Positions 63,001 to 64,000 of a stretch of DNA of 64,000 nucleotides are shown one piece after another. The stretch's first letter is position 1, and each line of letters begins with the position of its first letter. The stretch is from positions 192,001-256,000 of the forward strand of contig CAWDTA010000002.1 of the NCBI GenBank assembly GCA_963805085.1, written 5' to 3'. Under the pieces are notes generated by a model. That model made no database searches and was not told the DNA's origin. It saw only the letters and a list, made by a program, of their open reading frames with translations. Source of the DNA: an uncultured Veillonellaceae bacterium (GTDB lineage: Bacteria; Bacillota; Negativicutes; JARBTT01). The translations under genes were made by a program, and so were the position numbers.

Positions 63001-64000
63001 TCCCTTATGTTTGGTATGCGTCTGTACTAGGGATTCATGTTTTTCTGTGACTTCTTGTATCGTAAGATCTTTCTCTGCTGTAATGGTTACCTTACTCTTA
63101 TCACTTTCGATGGTACTGCCTGCAATGGTAATATTCCCGCGATTTTCAGCATCAGGTATCGTAGTTCCATCGGGAAGTTTCGATGTAGTTTCTATTTTAA
63201 CTGCTCCGCCACCTTGGAGCGTACTGCCGATAACAGTCTCATCATCCGTTCTGGTTCTCTTCCAACCATGGCGAATTCCAACTTTTTCATCGTGAATTGC
63301 TTCGTCTTTTACCGCGGAAATATTGATATTGCCACCAGCCAGCACTGTGAGATCCTTAGTTGCTGTGATTTGTGCGCCTTGTAAATTTGTATCTTTACCA
63401 GAGGTAATACTTACATTGTTACCTCCATGAATACCGCTAACTACATTGCTTACGTTATCGTCTAGGTAGGATGATTTCTCAAATGAAATGCGTTCTTGTT
63501 CTTTTACACTATCAGATGTAAAGTTGCCGCCTGCAGTGATCGTAACATCTTTTCCCGCAGTGATCTGCGCGCCAGTGTTAGAAATATCGTTTCCTGCTTT
63601 GATAGTCAGATTCTCTCTTGCATTGATACTAGCAATATTACCAGCAGTTGTTTCTGTCATAAATGGCAAGGTTCTAGTAGAGGAGATGGTTTCGTTTTTA
63701 ATATCTCCGTCTGCTATTAGCTGAGTCTGGTCACTATTGATAGAACCACCAATATTAAGGATATTTTTATCCGCAGTTAGCTGTGTGCTCTTGCCGCCAT
63801 CAATGTTGCCGCCATAGTTAGCGATATTTACGGCTTGTATATTTACACTTTCAGTAGCTTTAATCGCACCACCATTCTTGACATCGCCACTGGCAGTAAT
63901 CTGTACATTGTCTGCCGCAATCACTGCACCATTGGCCTTAAGTTCAACATTTTTTGAAGGAGCGAGATACACTTGAGGCACGAGTACTTTCTGTCCATCT
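60025..64000 (-). CDS. CdiA-like filamentous haemagglutinin exoprotein with C-terminal His-rich nuclease-type toxin (5' end outside window)
   Basis: Fil_haemagg_2-like repeats, LGKIFDKETVKEKQELA pre-toxin region, C-terminal WHHIVEQ..N..VHSAISGLYSSK; frame open to the window edge. Confidence 0.85.
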   Translation of the reverse strand, partial: DGQKVLVPQVYLAPSKNVELKANGAVIAADNVQITASGDVKNGGAIKATESVNIQAVNIANYGGNIDGGKSTQLTADKNILNIGGSINSDQTQLIADGDIKNETISSTRTLPFMTETTAGNIASINARENLTIKAGNDISNTGAQITAGKDVTITAGGNFTSDSVKEQERISFEKSSYLDDNVSNVVSGIHGGNNVSITSGKDTNLQGAQITATKDLTVLAGGNINISAVKDEAIHDEKVGIRHGWKRTRTDDETVIGSTLQGGGAVKIETTSKLPDGTTIPDAENRGNITIAGSTIESDKSKVTITAEKDLTIQEVTEKHESLVQTHTKHKGAFSSKTTDTMDHSLINEVKGSTISGDEVAVSSGKDLTVKGSNVVGTKDVTLSAANDVNITSAKETGNDDHYSYTRKSGLFSGGGLGFTIGTQSTKTTTDEKTLDQVGSTVGSIDGNVTVTAGNKANSAGTAFVTGEDLNIKGKDVTIDNTINTVDSQTKYEFKQTGLSVSLGGGVVDTGKSALNNIDRAGEVKDERLKTLHEYQAYKDIEKIKDAKGNLNSGVAVSVSIGSTKISSEQTEHVETVNTSDISAGGNVKIKATDGDLNLKGTKIDAVDITLDAKKDLNIEAAENKQQTTSHTSSSSWSVGGSLGLADKGVSYFGNFNSDKGNENGDITTNTESVIDASGTLTMNSGKDTNIDGSQVKGDKVVADIKGDLNIESKQDTDNYTANNKSTGFGFSTEKVGGKPLEPGQQGPINKTTTTTNVTGSSSKGETDSTYASVTDQAGIFAGKDGFDINVGKNTDLKGAVISSDATPDKNKISTDTLTFSNMENRAKYSASSTGYSTQAGSKLPVTRNATMPVSGDANSTTKSAISNGTIEVRSNPKQDLSQLNRDTENALNALGKIFDKETVKEKQELANLFGQEAYKAVGDLAEKQWEKATTKEEKAKWAEGGEYKILLHTVVGGIMSELGGNGFTSGAVGAGVTQALQKELAKIKDPNLRLIASSIVGATASKLVGGNGQVGGSTAYTGTLYNDYAHRPTTEGSIIYSSGDENGEGRGYYKVGSDGKEYYLPDGIEPGTVFWVDDGSYDTDGNQMGYEYIVGADGGHIYFKWKEIYGVNVAVYDDTESQIIVNGKSIINKEDLENHPYRSWRVQSENGSTLDFAKISLRWNGIDPDDPSNAHELADEVERQKQEFKDSLDGVTGSVGGVGIGFKTFKELKAYLGSPGVGNQWHHIVEQAQLNASRAGFAVEDVNNVENIIALQSGKDSVHSAISGLYSSKPYWAGGLTVRDWLATKSFEEQFEFGMNSLKDYGTVVRDSVGKWIFTPFE

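Noticed and set aside
55-63724. Many short ORF-track entries antisense to or overlapping long genes (e.g. 396-725, 10523-10822, 26405-26899, 36446-36778, 43697-44062, 55507-55926, 63037-63384)
   Set aside because: Shadow frames of well-supported genes or regulatory DNA, with no RBS or recognisable motifs.

Overview
AT-rich chromosomal segment of a motile, spore-forming diderm Firmicute, most likely Negativicutes. This is inferred from flgH/flgA, an LPS GT9 transferase and a CdiA-like exoprotein occurring together with spoIIID and gerA-type operons. Main result: the sporulation regulator gene spoIIID, which the ORF track misses, is split inside its His38 codon region by an ~8.97-kb element (4342-13319). 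The element has an 11-bp direct repeat at both junctions, and 16-bp inverted arms that rebuild a symmetric attP. It encodes a large serine recombinase with a small upstream ORF (candidate directionality factor) and defence-type cargo: Septu-like ATPase+HNH, a CPBP protease, an AAA ATPase and a Fic protein. Precise excision restores an intact 82-aa SpoIIID upstream of mbl-flgF/G, which suggests a skin-like developmental DNA rearrangement. The rest of the window holds two tandem gerKA-KC-KB operons, a LysR/HlyD/ABC-2 locus, an MCP, a sigma54-controlled acyl-CoA (bcd-CoA transferase-crt-fixABCX) cluster, sucCD and an IS200. It also has a cysteine/Rrf2 cluster with an orphan NifH-like gene, candidate small RNAs/type I toxins, a RAYT with REPs that bracket an orphan toxin/immunity fragment, and the 3' part of a CdiA-like toxin with its immunity gene. 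All family calls come from motif recognition; no searches were run.
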